Shown here one piece after another: positions 58,901 to 63,858 of a stretch of DNA of 64,000 bases. Below the pieces are notes generated by a model. The model saw only the letters and a program-made list of their open reading frames with translations. It did no database searches and had not been told where the DNA came from. How positions within the stretch are numbered: the stretch's first letter is position 1; every line of letters starts with the position of its first letter. The position numbers were made by a program, and so were the translations under genes. Origin of the DNA: Macrostomum lignano (lineage: Eukaryota); the NCBI GenBank assembly GCA_002269645.1, contig NIVC01002884.1, positions 43,428 to 107,427 on the forward strand, given 5' to 3'.

Positions 58901-60603
58901 TCCCGGAAGCTGCAGGTCTCGAACAGCAGCGACTGTATGGCGCTGGTCAGGACACCGCCGATGGTGAAAGCGAAGCCAGTCTGCGCAGTCGTTTGGCTGA
59001 GAAAGAGCGCCTGGAGCAGCGCTACGCCGCTCTGGTAAAGAAGCTCCGACAGCAGCGACAGGAGACACTGCAGCAGCACCGTAATCAGCTGGCTGAAGTT
59101 CAGTCAGCAGCCGCTGCTGAGGTGGACGAGCTGCGTCGACGATTGGAAGCCAGCGAAGCTGAGCTCGATTCGGCACGGATGTCCCTGGCTTTAGCACCGC
59201 CACCGCCGCCACCTCCGCCGCCTCCGCCTCAGCAGCAGGCAGCCGAATCGGAGCTGCAGTCTCTGCGTGCTGTGCACTCGCGATGCCAAGGACAGCTGGA
59301 CCAGGTTCGAGCCGAGCGCAATCGAATTCAACAGGAGTTCGACAGGCTGCGGCGGCGGCTAGAAGAGAGGCCTTTGTCGTCAACTCCGCCACCACCGCCT
59401 TCGCAGCCGATCGAGCGCTTACAGCAGTCTTCATCTCCGACGCCGTCACCGCCGCCCCTGCATGCTCCAACAGCTGAAGCATCGGCGGTTGATGCCGCTG
59501 CGGCTGCAGCAGCCGAGGATGAAGTTCTAACACTGCGCTCCGAGAACGAAGGCTTGCGCTTTAAAGTGAGCGTGCTAGAGACCAAAGCCAAGAAGATGGA
59601 GTTCCGACTTAGGGCTGAACGCGACAAGATTGACAAGCTGCAGCTGCGGCTCGACGAGAAAGACGTGGAACTGGACCAGCTGGTTGACAAGCTTCGCGCC
59701 AGCCGGGGCCAGCTCGAATCTGAGCGCAGTCGACACCTCAACGAAGCCAAACGGCTCAGCGCAGCGCTTGAGGCTGAAGAGGCTCGGGCCGGCAAGCTCG
59801 AGCGTCGACTACGCGACGGCAGCTCCGAGTCGGCGACGGCCGCCCTCGCCGAGGAGGCGGCTGCGGCTCGCGAAGCAAAACGCCAATCGGAGCAGCGCCT
59901 GCTAGCGGAGGCGGCCGATCTGCGCGGCCAGCTGGACGAACTGGCGGCTGACAATCGCGATTTGCGCAGCCGACTTGAAGCGGCCGCCCCGTCTGGCTCT
60001 GGCGCCTCCGCCGGGGTCAGCGCGAGCGACTGTGCCGAGTGTAGGCGTCTGCGCGAGGCTGTCCGAGTGCTGGAGCTTCAACAGGCCTCGAGACGTAGCA
60101 GGCAGCCAACTTGCGAGACCAAGTCTGTTGGCACCGAGGCGGTGTCAGTTGATGAGGCTGCCTGTCAGACATTGGAACCTGACGAAGAGAATGATGCAAT
60201 GCAGCGGCGATTAAACGAGCTAGAGTTGGCGGCTGTGGAGTGCGAGTCGCTTCGGGCTCTGGTGAAGCAGATGGAGGAGTCTGCGGCGCCTTGTGCTCCA
60301 ACGCCGACACCGCAGCCGCTGCGACCGTCGCCGTCGCCGCCACCTCCAGACTCGGAGGACACTTTGTCGGCGTCTCAATCAGCTTTGGACGAGTCATCAG
60401 TGCTGATTCCAATGCTGATGGACGAGCAGCAGGCCCTCGCGGGCTTACAATCGACAACAACACCAACGATGGCGTTGGTTCGACGACTTCGTCGATGCCT
60501 TCAACCGTGGCGATCGTTGAGGCTTCGGCCGAGCGCGCGCAACGCCGTCATCGCATATTTGTTTGGCCTGCACTGCCTGTTGCTGTACTGGTTGCTGCTC
60601 TGA
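16831..60603 (+). CDS. Giant tail-anchored coiled-coil golgin (giantin/GOLGB1-like), 11 exons, about 7,543 aa predicted
   Basis: Exons 16831-16920, 17655-17954, 36015-36102, 36187-36368, 36913-37077, 37168-37455, 37747-50535, 50728-52968, 53056-55827, 55918-56337, 57307-60603. All are GT-AG and phase-compatible; total 22,632 nt. E/K/Q/L-rich heptads throughout. C-terminal hydrophobic segment RNAVIAYLFGLHCLLLYWLLL has the Y-x4-H motif of giantin, golgin-84 and CASP anchors. Further upstream exons cannot be excluded. Confidence 0.8.
17655..17954 (+). CDS. Giant golgin-like gene, exon 2
   Basis: Acceptor CTCAG|GAA, donor AAG|GTGCGG, 300 nt, coiled-coil translation (within ORF 17628-17996). Confidence 0.82.
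18225..18485. mobile_element. Probable MITE with about 40-bp imperfect TIRs
   Basis: CCCGCTAAAAATTCAGGTGCTTCTTCGTTTGCTTC versus the reverse complement of GAAGCGAACGAAGAAACAGCCGAATTTTTTAGCGGG. Confidence 0.45.
18589..19549 (-). mobile_element. Decayed mariner (Tc1/mariner) element, interrupted by a SINE and by the Polinton; its last bases lie at 35874-35881
   Basis: Transposase remnants (LPYLPDTAPCDFWLFPKVK, like mariner HPPYSPDLAPxDF; WLLHHENPSAH in another frame) at about 18660-19150. TIR-like ends ACGAGGTGTGGCCGAAAATT (18590) and, after removing the Polinton, TACGAGGTCAGCCAAAATT on the minus strand. Confidence 0.7.
19237..19495 (+). mobile_element. tRNA-derived CORE-type SINE, copy 1
   Basis: A-box TAGCTTATCGG, B-box GGTTCGATTCT, then TGTGTCCTTGAGCAAGACACTTAAC...CAGCCGTAAAATGGG resembling the MIR/CORE domain. 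A second similar copy is at 56719. Confidence 0.85.
19550..20181 (+). repeat. Left TIR of the Polinton, with internal about 81-bp tandem units
   Basis: Reverse complement of 35237-35867. Outer about 400 bp nearly identical (only A/T-run lengths differ); inner about 230 bp visibly diverged. Confidence 0.96.
20246..20485 (+). CDS. Small Polinton ORF (79 aa), unknown function
   Basis: ATG in the element's typical AAAAATG context. Converges on the penton gene with a 4-bp gap. Tyr/Trp-rich. No family recognised. Confidence 0.55.
   Translation: MFPVVSPGSYYTQPNPLYKSKYQCKLECSEYMRKYWPNVDINVPNINLALQRHWFHKYGVTYVKDYDSYYNFAEIIRQL
20490..21353 (-). CDS. Minor capsid protein (penton, single jelly-roll), about 287 aa
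   Basis: Polinton penton-like motifs AIRLDP..NYHVYL..F..WSNVPN...NNKFYY and C-terminal NILYNI...AGG..VVEKP...I.EIVLQF....G..VDFNGE..VLTL.I. Immediately downstream of MCP on the same strand. Recognised from memory. Confidence 0.8.
   Translation of the reverse strand: MEAIAERLNNIVSHSKESIPITITGRINDSNGIFVEKLEQAIRLDPGANYHVYLNDFTGWSNVPNVMAANNKFYYKWKGAAADPVVFHVSTQSVDTYNNFLENVFTKRGHFETPDASKPEKKLFPVKLTYDLTVMRVVMQVHKNAEVEFKDDTWYRELGFEKKVYKAESAAQTATQASGTVRMVRESVSGLFLAPNIADIVKGLNILIRSNLSLDWVFKGKRTNILYNISNSVAGGQMVVEKPNPVKRVVLSNKEIHEIVLQFETEDGMGVDFNGEEFVLTLIIERM
21375..22661 (-). CDS. Major capsid protein (double jelly-roll, hexon-like), 428 aa
   Basis: Size, beta-rich pattern and Polinton MCP-like motifs (D.TIK..Q..P...N..NL, VFVPL.F.SGF, LYP.LP...DF..N....FY, YPMFG.DVS.RQ). 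Intact ORF. Confidence 0.85.
   Translation of the reverse strand: MNDPLTPVFYKINKPILSDDSTIKATQVRVPSHENQNETNLGPGQTLTFTYNGCSSLVSVHSLKSGFHMTFQFKTKGGADAARANVDKHDADVALISNFWAYMFKEFSVSNGSTELERIANFGIVYDAHCLIENPDFIQLGSGAGFIADEKEGDINDSGYKNRKKRYNYALQGADDAAKNPQYRSVDVFVPLRFMSGFCNTFNRLTSNFSYTFRMTRDDRSRVLWTGADHTRMEVKLTGIELYLEVIEPKTALKADYLKAIEKDIDVAYTAYMCRDERNETRTNICIKEGSCSNPRYIIINMRNPNSIIRYMHGDVRSIQHEISDNLYPALPQNGDFSQNKISKFYSELVDLAVKENNGIAITALQYGTLYPMFGADVSARQMLTDNSPVNIVTNIERTTATPVDLYIIYAFERKVKLNMINNSSSKV
22692..23918 (+). CDS. Polinton accessory/structural protein with poly-Q/P tract, 408 aa
   Basis: Intact ORF divergent from MCP. C-terminal RLAVLLGAAKTG...EFVNILDKMLE..YI resembles a helical motif I recall from metazoan Polinton accessory (PZ-like) proteins; unverified. 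Confidence 0.75.
   Translation: MKRKSSYHISELEKLAQAEKRVTGLINKEQQSYNEFVQAATEFHKPGYTEAKKNIDTVKETIDDIQESQLQNTLGKIPSSPGQPQAQQPGQPVQMKVTDNFFGPVTDDGKYIFGISAWRKNITGEPADYNIEVTKETISINKGAETKRNPFTQSLLDYMTKNQEKISEKQLKNYRDLVTFALERDIDILKNNGVLKVLHENRIDLNRFRKYKYFKQWFGLPDQEEVIRQQPQQPQPQQQQPQQQQPKQQLQQPQQQQPQTQPQPQQPPPPQQQITPEQVLEALEKAGPNEISQYKDTNPDTWRQLERLSPERMKRINDRVFTPQQRQAPHDSSSSDQSFESPPSSSGKGMPEFYKRLAVLLGAAKTGMKDENRKEFVNILDKMLERKYIDKRARELLLSRFNKKKISI
23923..24303 (+). CDS. Putative virion core / membrane-lytic precursor, 126 aa
   Basis: ATG in AAAAAGATG context. GxG motifs (RGSG, SGNG, KGSG) flank an amphipathic helix LADLIAQGAKIFKVIG. Confidence 0.7.
   Translation: MPIIFEKDVDKYYDKEELNLIKRGSGLFPAGHYPRKERSGNGLADLIAQGAKIFKVIGENKENIKNVAEAAGSVATAAKKIKDTVTPKQEIQPPLAPLAPNPDSVDPAVYEKMRASIKKGSGFKFD
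24350..24470 (+). repeat. 21-bp tandem repeat (AAAATGACACATCTAAGTCCC), about 6 copies
   Basis: Directly visible. In frame with the ATPase ORF, giving MTHLSPK repeats. Confidence 0.95.
24514..25314 (+). CDS. Genome packaging ATPase (A32/FtsK-HerA family), 266 aa from the likely start MDFSND
   Basis: Walker A GSSGSGKT, Walker B HLIVFDD, A32 signature FTRGRHNNCNVIYIAQ.WF.LP.KTIR.N. Confidence 0.96.
   Translation: MDFSNDFNPHWTRNQIKFSHHESIPSHFRCIVVGSSGSGKTFRVFNMLLRPGFIDYDTLHIYSPTLYQDEYRMLIAGLQNKLNKEDIIQCFNNQQILPSNPEIVAAEYAKHLKDNEKWQNIKVFTYGDPQADPKTKLLPQPDELEKGRKHLIVFDDCMTGPQKQIENYFTRGRHNNCNVIYIAQNWFELPNKTIRGNCNLILLFPTIPQDRLKRFYNEVIAPAYFINPTKNSSRKISQEEFVNLCYDKWNQPYQFVIISKEKRTVI
25331..26134 (+). 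CDS. Coiled-coil Polinton protein (possible fibre/spike), 267 aa
   Basis: Long heptad region with a 21-aa internal duplication (KV.NLEEFM.QST.LHDRIKE) and C-terminal 10-aa repeats. Function is inferred only. Confidence 0.7.
   Translation: MSINFAGESISGNSALTSAQISILDRRYINSDEKIPEIKLNKNRLKQLERSMHQLQINIEDLRIKVARQKFESDKLYVQVVHATNELRSEITSAVSQINGLTSTINLLRNSTDRRMRILEEGVFTNRAKVNNLEEFMNQSTALHDRIKENVATNTGKVRNLEEFMTQSTSLHDRIKERLDAIKVYLDLIFTEWQKSLRRISRLEGVHNLPDIDTVEEAPQTTREISDPTDLTTDHKFREPTSLTTNPKFREPTGLFEIKCRMERIDK
26248..26931 (+). CDS. Membrane-associated Polinton protein, 227 aa (family resembling the adintovirus so-called GasderminX ORF)
   Basis: FRL.EI...R..LE motif, two Gly/Ala/Ser-rich hydrophobic helices, basic RNRRKK, and IS.AI.D..IS.DEF motif. 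N-terminal PTAPSAP. Family assignment from memory. Confidence 0.75.
   Translation: MDAQNSLYDPNAPTAPSAPQYEQQKLYPVITCNSQQFRLVEIQKMRDDLEKNIFHNTKKIKRYDNHCKFFDYSNMILGSVSVLSGSAAAVSVLPVITDPIAIPLGSVGAACGLISAITGALARNRRKKLKQLQEKQVKEKGVHTSIIGYISRAIEDKFISEDEFKTIQDLYEQSIRMNLNMVGTDDMSQLRNELRKFFNIMRKEGQREVQRGMHNEPYETQVRIISL
26898..27297 (-). CDS. Adenain-like cysteine maturation protease, about 133 aa, with two frameshifts
   Basis: FRGIFMRDTLP / ECGIMNFD...PGSHWV / YYFDSYG / QGLSSDICGELC (catalytic His, Asp, Gln, Cys) recovered after adding one base at about 27195 and one at about 27005. Confidence 0.9.
27330..31175 (-). CDS. polB: Protein-primed family B DNA polymerase (pPolB), about 1,283 aa, with six frameshifts
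   Basis: GSGW...SYIELP...INVKN.DN.C N-terminal block, exonuclease YADFEC and HNAKNYD, DHCHFTGKFRGAAH, RGG, YLDANNLYGWAM, KLANNSVYGK, YTDTDS, KSKGI. Five ORFs join into one after single-base additions at about 30766, 30687, 29480, 28686, 28588 and 27587. Confidence 0.96.
31300..31743 (-). pseudogene. Adenovirus pX-like core protein precursor with disrupted 5' end (missing from the ORF track)
   Basis: Manual translation gives ...EKSGG-ILPLAALIPIIAGAVSAAGGVAGGVATAVK..., compared with human adenovirus pX RGG-ILPLLIPLIAAAIGAVPGIASVAL. ATG at 31743 in TAAAAAATG context is followed by two in-frame TAA (codons 10 and 13). Confidence 0.75.
31760..32797 (-). CDS. int: Retroviral-type DDE integrase (Polinton INT), 345 aa
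   Basis: HQADLLFLP (D), KTDPGKEF (D), FVERFN.TL (E). Intact ORF. No C-terminal chromodomain recognised. Confidence 0.96.
   Translation of the reverse strand: MTDQKLKKLYYSDKGFFVGKNAVSKLMELSKEPKATVEKWLSKQAVFQVYFPPVKFERPHFSIYKPNEAHQADLLFLPNDSGYKYALTITDVASRYKEARPLKTKKSEAVATALQDIYKNSPLTYPQIFKTDPGKEFMGAVKSLMEKKNTAIRYGRTELHRDQAFVERFNLTLAKRLFTKQTAEELKLKSGQYYTKWTERLPTVIEQLNNEVTRMTGLKPSHAIKQDTVELKSSHKTDNNTTTPHNTHNTKHTSNYPKLPGVESPYILTNSEFLRFLYLPGELEKDTKRRATDPYFSLDVHKIDRHFTSDSGDYYFLSQAFNPKSPTRSFTRAELLVIPADTEIN
32828..33316 (+). CDS. Parvovirus-type phospholipase A2 domain protein, 162 aa
   Basis: LPGYKYCGP.N Ca-binding loop and P.NELD.VC.WHD..Y catalytic HD motif, typical of the parvoviral VP1u PLA2 fold. 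ATG at 32828 divergent from integrase. Confidence 0.92.
   Translation: MQRSGGKIDSHGLIEKLPHPNKGWTLPGYKYCGPLNPLEIQLDKNNNPHPGHEPVNELDSVCMWHDIKYRDFPEEKNRWDKEMLKRLDNIGVSSGFRESIARKLVKAVIFSKTKLGLGVYAEGGCLGREGGCTGCSGTGFILCAPNEELGRLLKDMGIERDA
33355..34060. repeat. AT-rich non-coding block with a direct duplication of about 290 bp and repeated TCCTGGATCTCCAGGA / TTCCAGGATTTT motifs
   Basis: 33355-33620 is repeated at about 33652-33880. The hairpin-forming TCCTGGA-TC-TCCAGGA occurs four times (about 33532, 33824, 33895, 33978). Confidence 0.9.
34093..34971 (-). CDS. Spliced two-exon Polinton gene, 246 aa, unknown function (possible HTH)
   Basis: Exon 1 34971-34682, intron 34681-34544 (CG|GTAAG...TTTTTTTTAG|T), exon 2 34543-34093. 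Phase-2 junction joins ORFs 34678-35079 and 34093-34563 in frame (KTR-FYNAK). Confidence 0.8.
35047..35054 (-). promoter_or_regulatory. TATA box for the spliced Polinton gene
   Basis: TATATAAA on the minus strand about 80 nt upstream of ATG 34971, embedded in GC-rich sequence. Confidence 0.6.
35068..35112. other. Perfect 45-nt palindrome with internally palindromic arms
   Basis: TGTAGTTGCCAACTACAAGGTA-G-TACCTTGTAGTTGGCAACTACA: 22-bp stem and 1-nt centre. Partial repeats at about 35105-35128 and 35206-35236. Confidence 0.92.
35237..35867 (-). repeat. Right TIR of the Polinton
   Basis: Reverse complement of 19550-20181, with the same order of internal repeat units. Confidence 0.96.
36015..37455 (+). 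CDS. Giant golgin-like gene, exons 3-6 (36015-36102, 36187-36368, 36913-37077, 37168-37455)
   Basis: Four short exons with canonical splice sites and phases 0/1, 1/0, 0/0, 0/0. Exons 5 and 6 share an ELQAE.K.HL..KA.VKSLEKQL repeat. Confidence 0.82.
36398..36862. repeat. Minisatellite, 32-bp unit (GCAGGTAGATGCAGGGCTTCACTGAAGAGTGA), about 14 copies
   Basis: Tandem copies in intron 4 of the giant gene, starting about 30 nt after the donor. Confidence 0.96.
37747..50535 (+). CDS. Giant golgin-like gene, exon 7 (12,789 nt, 4,263 codons)
   Basis: Uninterrupted ORF 37741-50550. Acceptor TTGCAG|GAC and donor CAG|GTACAA. Confidence 0.93.
38560..42350 (+). repeat. Two coding arrays of 105-bp (35-aa) repeats
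   Basis: ELKQQIDGLQSEKSQYADQVADLTEKLSVSEANFS, about 11 copies (38560-39870), degenerate copies to about 41050, then EMKLQLDSLQSEKSQLVDQVRELDEKLQASESNSS, about 12 copies (41070-42350). Confidence 0.96.
45175..48380 (+). repeat. Coding arrays of 84-bp (28-aa) repeats
   Basis: EELESKSKQVTELEASVNEQTEKNRALV, about 25 copies (45175-47250) and about 7 copies (47805-48380). The preceding block (about 44830-45200) is duplicated at about 47460-47830. Confidence 0.96.
50728..52968 (+). CDS. Giant golgin-like gene, exon 8
   Basis: Acceptor TTTTTAG|GAT, donor CTT|GTAAGT, in frame with ORF 50737-53010. Confidence 0.9.
50950..55540 (+). repeat. Seven about 220-250-aa coding modules anchored on ERDRMKEKCARLVKQCRILKEA
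   Basis: The anchor motif recurs at about 50977, 51721, 52444, 53355, 54078, 54781 and 55433. Confidence 0.93.
53056..56337 (+). CDS. Giant golgin-like gene, exons 9-10 (53056-55827, 55918-56337)
   Basis: Acceptor TTTTTAG|AAC. A 90-nt in-frame intron (AGC|GTAAGT...ATACAG|TGC). Final donor GAG|GTTGGT. Confidence 0.87.
56719..56980 (+). mobile_element. tRNA-derived CORE-type SINE, copy 2
   Basis: A-box TAGCTTAGTGG, B-box GGTTCGATTCC, CORE-like body closely similar to 19237-19495. Followed by an (ATT)n/(ATC)n tract at 57017-57090. Confidence 0.88.
57307..60603 (+). CDS. Giant golgin-like gene, last exon (coiled coil, Pro-rich hinges, tail anchor)
   Basis: Acceptor TTCCAG|GTG. ORF of 1,098 aa ending in the transmembrane segment with no luminal tail. 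Confidence 0.9.
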   Translation: MESLFAQLDAAEEEVGQLRLTLRDRDNELLRLADQLRVESEAKRLDLSTMREQSRLYEAEVRRLRFELDAKEEMLTLTREAATTATPAAAASTSSGCGREDTAGDGELDNSAAFYKRRTDELTVELNNARNSIQRLTGELKENSIAAEAAVEKLRAELSVTVESKELLNRELIEAKTACDSLTIEIAEAKEDGSIIEKLNSELATASDDKELLNKELFEAKATIDNLTAELAKTKTEIELVGDSNSKLTNAIRDKELLSEELSKAKATIDNLTAELAKTKTELELVGDSNSKLTNAIRDKELLSEELSKAKATNDNLTAELAKTKTELELVGDSNSKLTNAIRDKELLSEELSKAKATIDNLTAELAKTKTKVDGDASEALGNLNSELTVALEEKEKELSETKVLIDNLTAELTKAKEDMVIESTETRSIIEQLAKDKENLNQQLTAANNGIDSLNIEFVRTKEDLNNRLAEAECTIDNLRSELASAATANDNLCNELAEAKILIDELRNEQKEVEKPTLATVSCASQTEAVPEAAGLEQQRLYGAGQDTADGESEASLRSRLAEKERLEQRYAALVKKLRQQRQETLQQHRNQLAEVQSAAAAEVDELRRRLEASEAELDSARMSLALAPPPPPPPPPPPQQQAAESELQSLRAVHSRCQGQLDQVRAERNRIQQEFDRLRRRLEERPLSSTPPPPPSQPIERLQQSSSPTPSPPPLHAPTAEASAVDAAAAAAAEDEVLTLRSENEGLRFKVSVLETKAKKMEFRLRAERDKIDKLQLRLDEKDVELDQLVDKLRASRGQLESERSRHLNEAKRLSAALEAEEARAGKLERRLRDGSSESATAALAEEAAAAREAKRQSEQRLLAEAADLRGQLDELAADNRDLRSRLEAAAPSGSGASAGVSASDCAECRRLREAVRVLELQQASRRSRQPTCETKSVGTEAVSVDEAACQTLEPDEENDAMQRRLNELELAAVECESLRALVKQMEESAAPCAPTPTPQPLRPSPSPPPPDSEDTLSASQSALDESSVLIPMLMDEQQALAGLQSTTTPTMALVRRLRRCLQPWRSLRLRPSARNAVIAYLFGLHCLLLYWLLL
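57930..58420 (+). repeat. Coding 135-bp (45-aa) repeats, 3-4 copies
   Basis: GACAAAGAGTTACTA recurs at 58066, 58201 and 58336 (DKELLSEELSKAKATIDNLTAELAKTKTELELVGDSNSKLTNAIR). Confidence 0.93.
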
Positions 60604-61639
60604 TTTGTACTTGTTAGCTTGGAATATTCTTTCAGCGTACTAATAGTAGCGTAATATATGCCGAACAATTTGGCTCACTACCCTACCCTGGCTACTCGTG
60701 GCACGCAAAATTCAAGATTTTAGGCCGTCAGCATTCAGTAACATCGAAAAATTCTATTAGAACTGAAGGATTTTACGTGCCTGCGAGACTCTCCTGTCGT
60801 GTGGGCGAGAGGAATTGTAAGACTTTAATTATGAATTCGTACTAGGTAAGGCAATCATTTTCTATGGTTACGCGGCTGTTAATTAAAGCTGTTTTGAGGT
60901 TTAGGAATTTGATCTTTAGTATATTGAATTTCGCTGGCTAATAGGTACTAGCTTAATTATATATGCTTTTGACAAGTATGCATTGTCCAATTTTATCTGT
61001 GGTTGTTGTTCTGCTCAAATTGTTGATTGTTGATAATATTTTCAGCTTAACGTCAATATATCTTCCTTATTGTTGCTATTCATATGCAATACATGTATAA
61101 GATATCGTTGGCACAGTTCAGTTTATAGATAACTTGAGTGCTAGCTGTGAGCTCAAGACATTTCATTGCTCATTCAGACTAATCCATGTACCACTCTCGA
61201 ACTCCCAATAGGCCAACTTGATTTTTGTTTGGTGTTTCTCTTGAATGTAATAATTGGTAGAAAACTACTCACTTCATAATCATATCGTTACAAAAATTCA
61301 TTGAGCCTCCAATAAATAAAAATGTAATTTGCGCTCTATATACTATGCATTATCTGAAATTGATACTTGTTTTGAATTCCTTTCACTAGTTGAATTGTTT
61401 AATGGTGACACTTGTACAAAAATATATCCTTTTAAATTAGTGCGTTAGTTTATCACTGTTCGCCTTTATCGGTTGTTTTGTGTATCGTTGTTTGGCAACT
61501 GTATAATAAAACTGTTTTGAATTTGGCCTATTCTTTTTTCAACTCAAAAAGTAGGTATATTAAAAGTACTAACTTCACCTATTGTGCTTGGAAACCGAGG
61601 GCCGAATCCTGTAACCTGTAATAGCCTGGAACAGCGCCG

Positions 61640-61935
61640 CCCTCTGGCGGTCAGGTAGGGTCTTGGACTGCAGGACTGCCACTGTTTGGTTTGAACTTGA
61701 AAGGAGGCTTTTGGGTGCTGCCGCAAATCAAGGCGACAGCCATCCTTCAGCCCTACGCGCACTACGCACACGAGGATGCCGATACTTGCTTTCTTATCGT
61801 CAAGCATGCATAATGCTGTGAACTGAGAGTTGTCACACATGGTTCAAGCGGATTCGAACCCCAATCTAATGTAGCCAAAGACTTTGAATCGAACTCAAAG
61901 GCTTTGGTCGCTACTCAGCCCATGCACCACGGTTA
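61640..61935 (-). mobile_element. Probable second-family tRNA-derived SINE
   Basis: Minus-strand B-box GGTTCGAATCC (about 61852-61862) and a tRNA-like 5' region. Body unrelated to the CORE SINE. Family not identified. Confidence 0.5.
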
Positions 61936-62449
61936 TTTCCCGATTTTACGCTTTACCATAGACGGCTATATTTACTGCCTAGAACGAGCTTAAAAAGTAC
62001 TATCATATAGCAAGTGAATTTATAATTGTGTTCAGTTTAATAAAATAGTAATTAAAAGAATTTTACTTGAGTCTCAAGGCAAAGAATTTGAATTCCGACA
62101 GACAGTGAAATCTGTGTAACTACCATTTTTTATCGCCAGCTGACTAAACTTGAGTAAAACATGCACCATCTAGCTCACTGCGACCACAGTGCATCGCAGG
62201 CTAGCCGACCTATGTCGCCGAGCACGCAGTTGAAGTTTCTGCTGGCCTGGGGCCAGGGACGCAACTCCCAAGAAAGCCCGTCCCGCTCAGCAGTGGTCAT
62301 AGGCTCCGCTCGAAGCTGTCAAACAACGCTCAGCTGGACGGATCGGCTTCTTCAAATCCTAGGCCGAGTGGTCGACGAAGGCGGTCACTGACCTATGTTC
62401 CGGTGTCCGCCTGGGTCAAAGACTTCAAGGATGAAGACGAGATCGACGG

Positions 62450-63238
62450 GTGCAGCATGAGGACGGCAGGAAGCCGCAGATCACGAGTACCGGAAGATTT
62501 TCAGCCGCGTCAAGGAGCGCCTCCATTGGTGACCGGATAACATCAGTTTCGTCCAGGCAGTCGGTTGCCATGCCGCATGAGCCGACGGAGTCGCCGGCGC
62601 CTCCGCTTCCGCCGCCTCGAGCGTCACGCGCGTCGCGGCCGGCTGAACGGAGTCCGCCACCGCCGCTTCCGCCCCGACGGGCACCCCGGCCGGCTCCTCG
62701 GAAAACTCTACCACCGCTGCCGCCTCGGAAAAAGCTGCCACCGCCGCCGCCACCGGAGCAGTTGCTTTCGCCCCCGATGCCGTCTCAGACTCCGCCACCG
62801 ACGCCACCTCCAAAGACTCTGACACCGCCACCGCCGGCGCGCGTTGCGTCTTCTTCTGCTAAAGCCTCTGTTGCAGCTGTTGCTGTCACCAGCCAACGCC
62901 ACCGCACGAATCGCCATTCTTCAACACTATCTCAGGCTGAGCTACGGGAGGTTCTGGCTCGCAGTGCAAGTCGCGCTGAAGCCTATCAGTCCATCGCAGA
63001 TGCAGCTCCATCTGCCGGTGCCTCGATAGCAGAGTGCTCTAGAAAACGCCGCGAGCTTCGGCGGCCGTCAGACGTAGCAACTCTACTACACGAGATACTC
63101 GCTGGTAGAGCAAGCCGCTTAGGTGCCGGGGAAACTTTAGAAGTCGCCTCGCCAGCGCGGGCGCGGCTAGCGCTAAAACAAATAAATCAACTCACGGCTC
63201 TGGGGCTGGTCGAGCTCTTAAAAATGAGGACGATTTAA
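62450..63238 (+). CDS. Proline-rich ORF, possibly an exon of a downstream gene
   Basis: 262-codon GC-rich ORF with PPLPP motifs and a helical C-terminal part. No confident start, splice structure or family. Confidence 0.4.
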   Translation: MQHEDGRKPQITSTGRFSAASRSASIGDRITSVSSRQSVAMPHEPTESPAPPLPPPRASRASRPAERSPPPPLPPRRAPRPAPRKTLPPLPPRKKLPPPPPPEQLLSPPMPSQTPPPTPPPKTLTPPPPARVASSSAKASVAAVAVTSQRHRTNRHSSTLSQAELREVLARSASRAEAYQSIADAAPSAGASIAECSRKRRELRRPSDVATLLHEILAGRASRLGAGETLEVASPARARLALKQINQLTALGLVELLKMRTI

Positions 63239-63306
63239 ACAAGCAACGAAAAAAGTGGTACAAGAAGTCGACAAAGTCGCGCAGCTACTCCTCTGAATCG
63301 AACATA

Positions 63307-63858
63307 GTGGACACGCTGGCGGAGATCATTGCTGAGAAGATCAGTCGCGCCGATAGGCGCAGGCAGAAGTATGACAGCAAAGGTGACGAACGCCTTAAGT
63401 TTGCAGCATCTTCGTCCAATCATCACAAAGACAAGCCAGATTGCGTTCCTGGGACCGAAAGAAAAGTTGTTAAAGTTAAACGGCATAGTAAGCGAACCAG
63501 CACTGCCACAGATAGTTCGCTTAGTAGGCAGCAGCAAAACTGCAACAACTGCTATGAAAAGCCACCAAGAAGAAAAACAAGGCAGTTCTGTCACACTCAC
63601 GTTGTGAATATTCAGTCAGCTAATGGTGTTCACAGTCGAAGTGGCGATGGTTGGAATTTTGCGTCCAAATATGGAAGCCAAGAACTTTTCCGTAAATGTG
63701 GGCTTTCAAATAGATCGAATGCAGGAAACTACAGACCATGTGATCAGCTCTTCTTGATGGCAGTTTTGAGCAAGCGCAGATTCGTGCAACTGCAACGCCA
63801 GTATCTGAGCGCAGCCTGTCTGAGCGATTCAGCGTTGAACGAATTCAAGGCGAGTTAG
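63307..63858 (+). CDS. Hypothetical ORF (183 aa)
   Basis: Open frame only, no recognisable domain. May be an exon (ACATAG|TGG at the start) or non-coding. Confidence 0.25.
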   Translation: MDTLAEIIAEKISRADRRRQKYDSKGDERLKFAASSSNHHKDKPDCVPGTERKVVKVKRHSKRTSTATDSSLSRQQQNCNNCYEKPPRRKTRQFCHTHVVNIQSANGVHSRSGDGWNFASKYGSQELFRKCGLSNRSNAGNYRPCDQLFLMAVLSKRRFVQLQRQYLSAACLSDSALNEFKAS

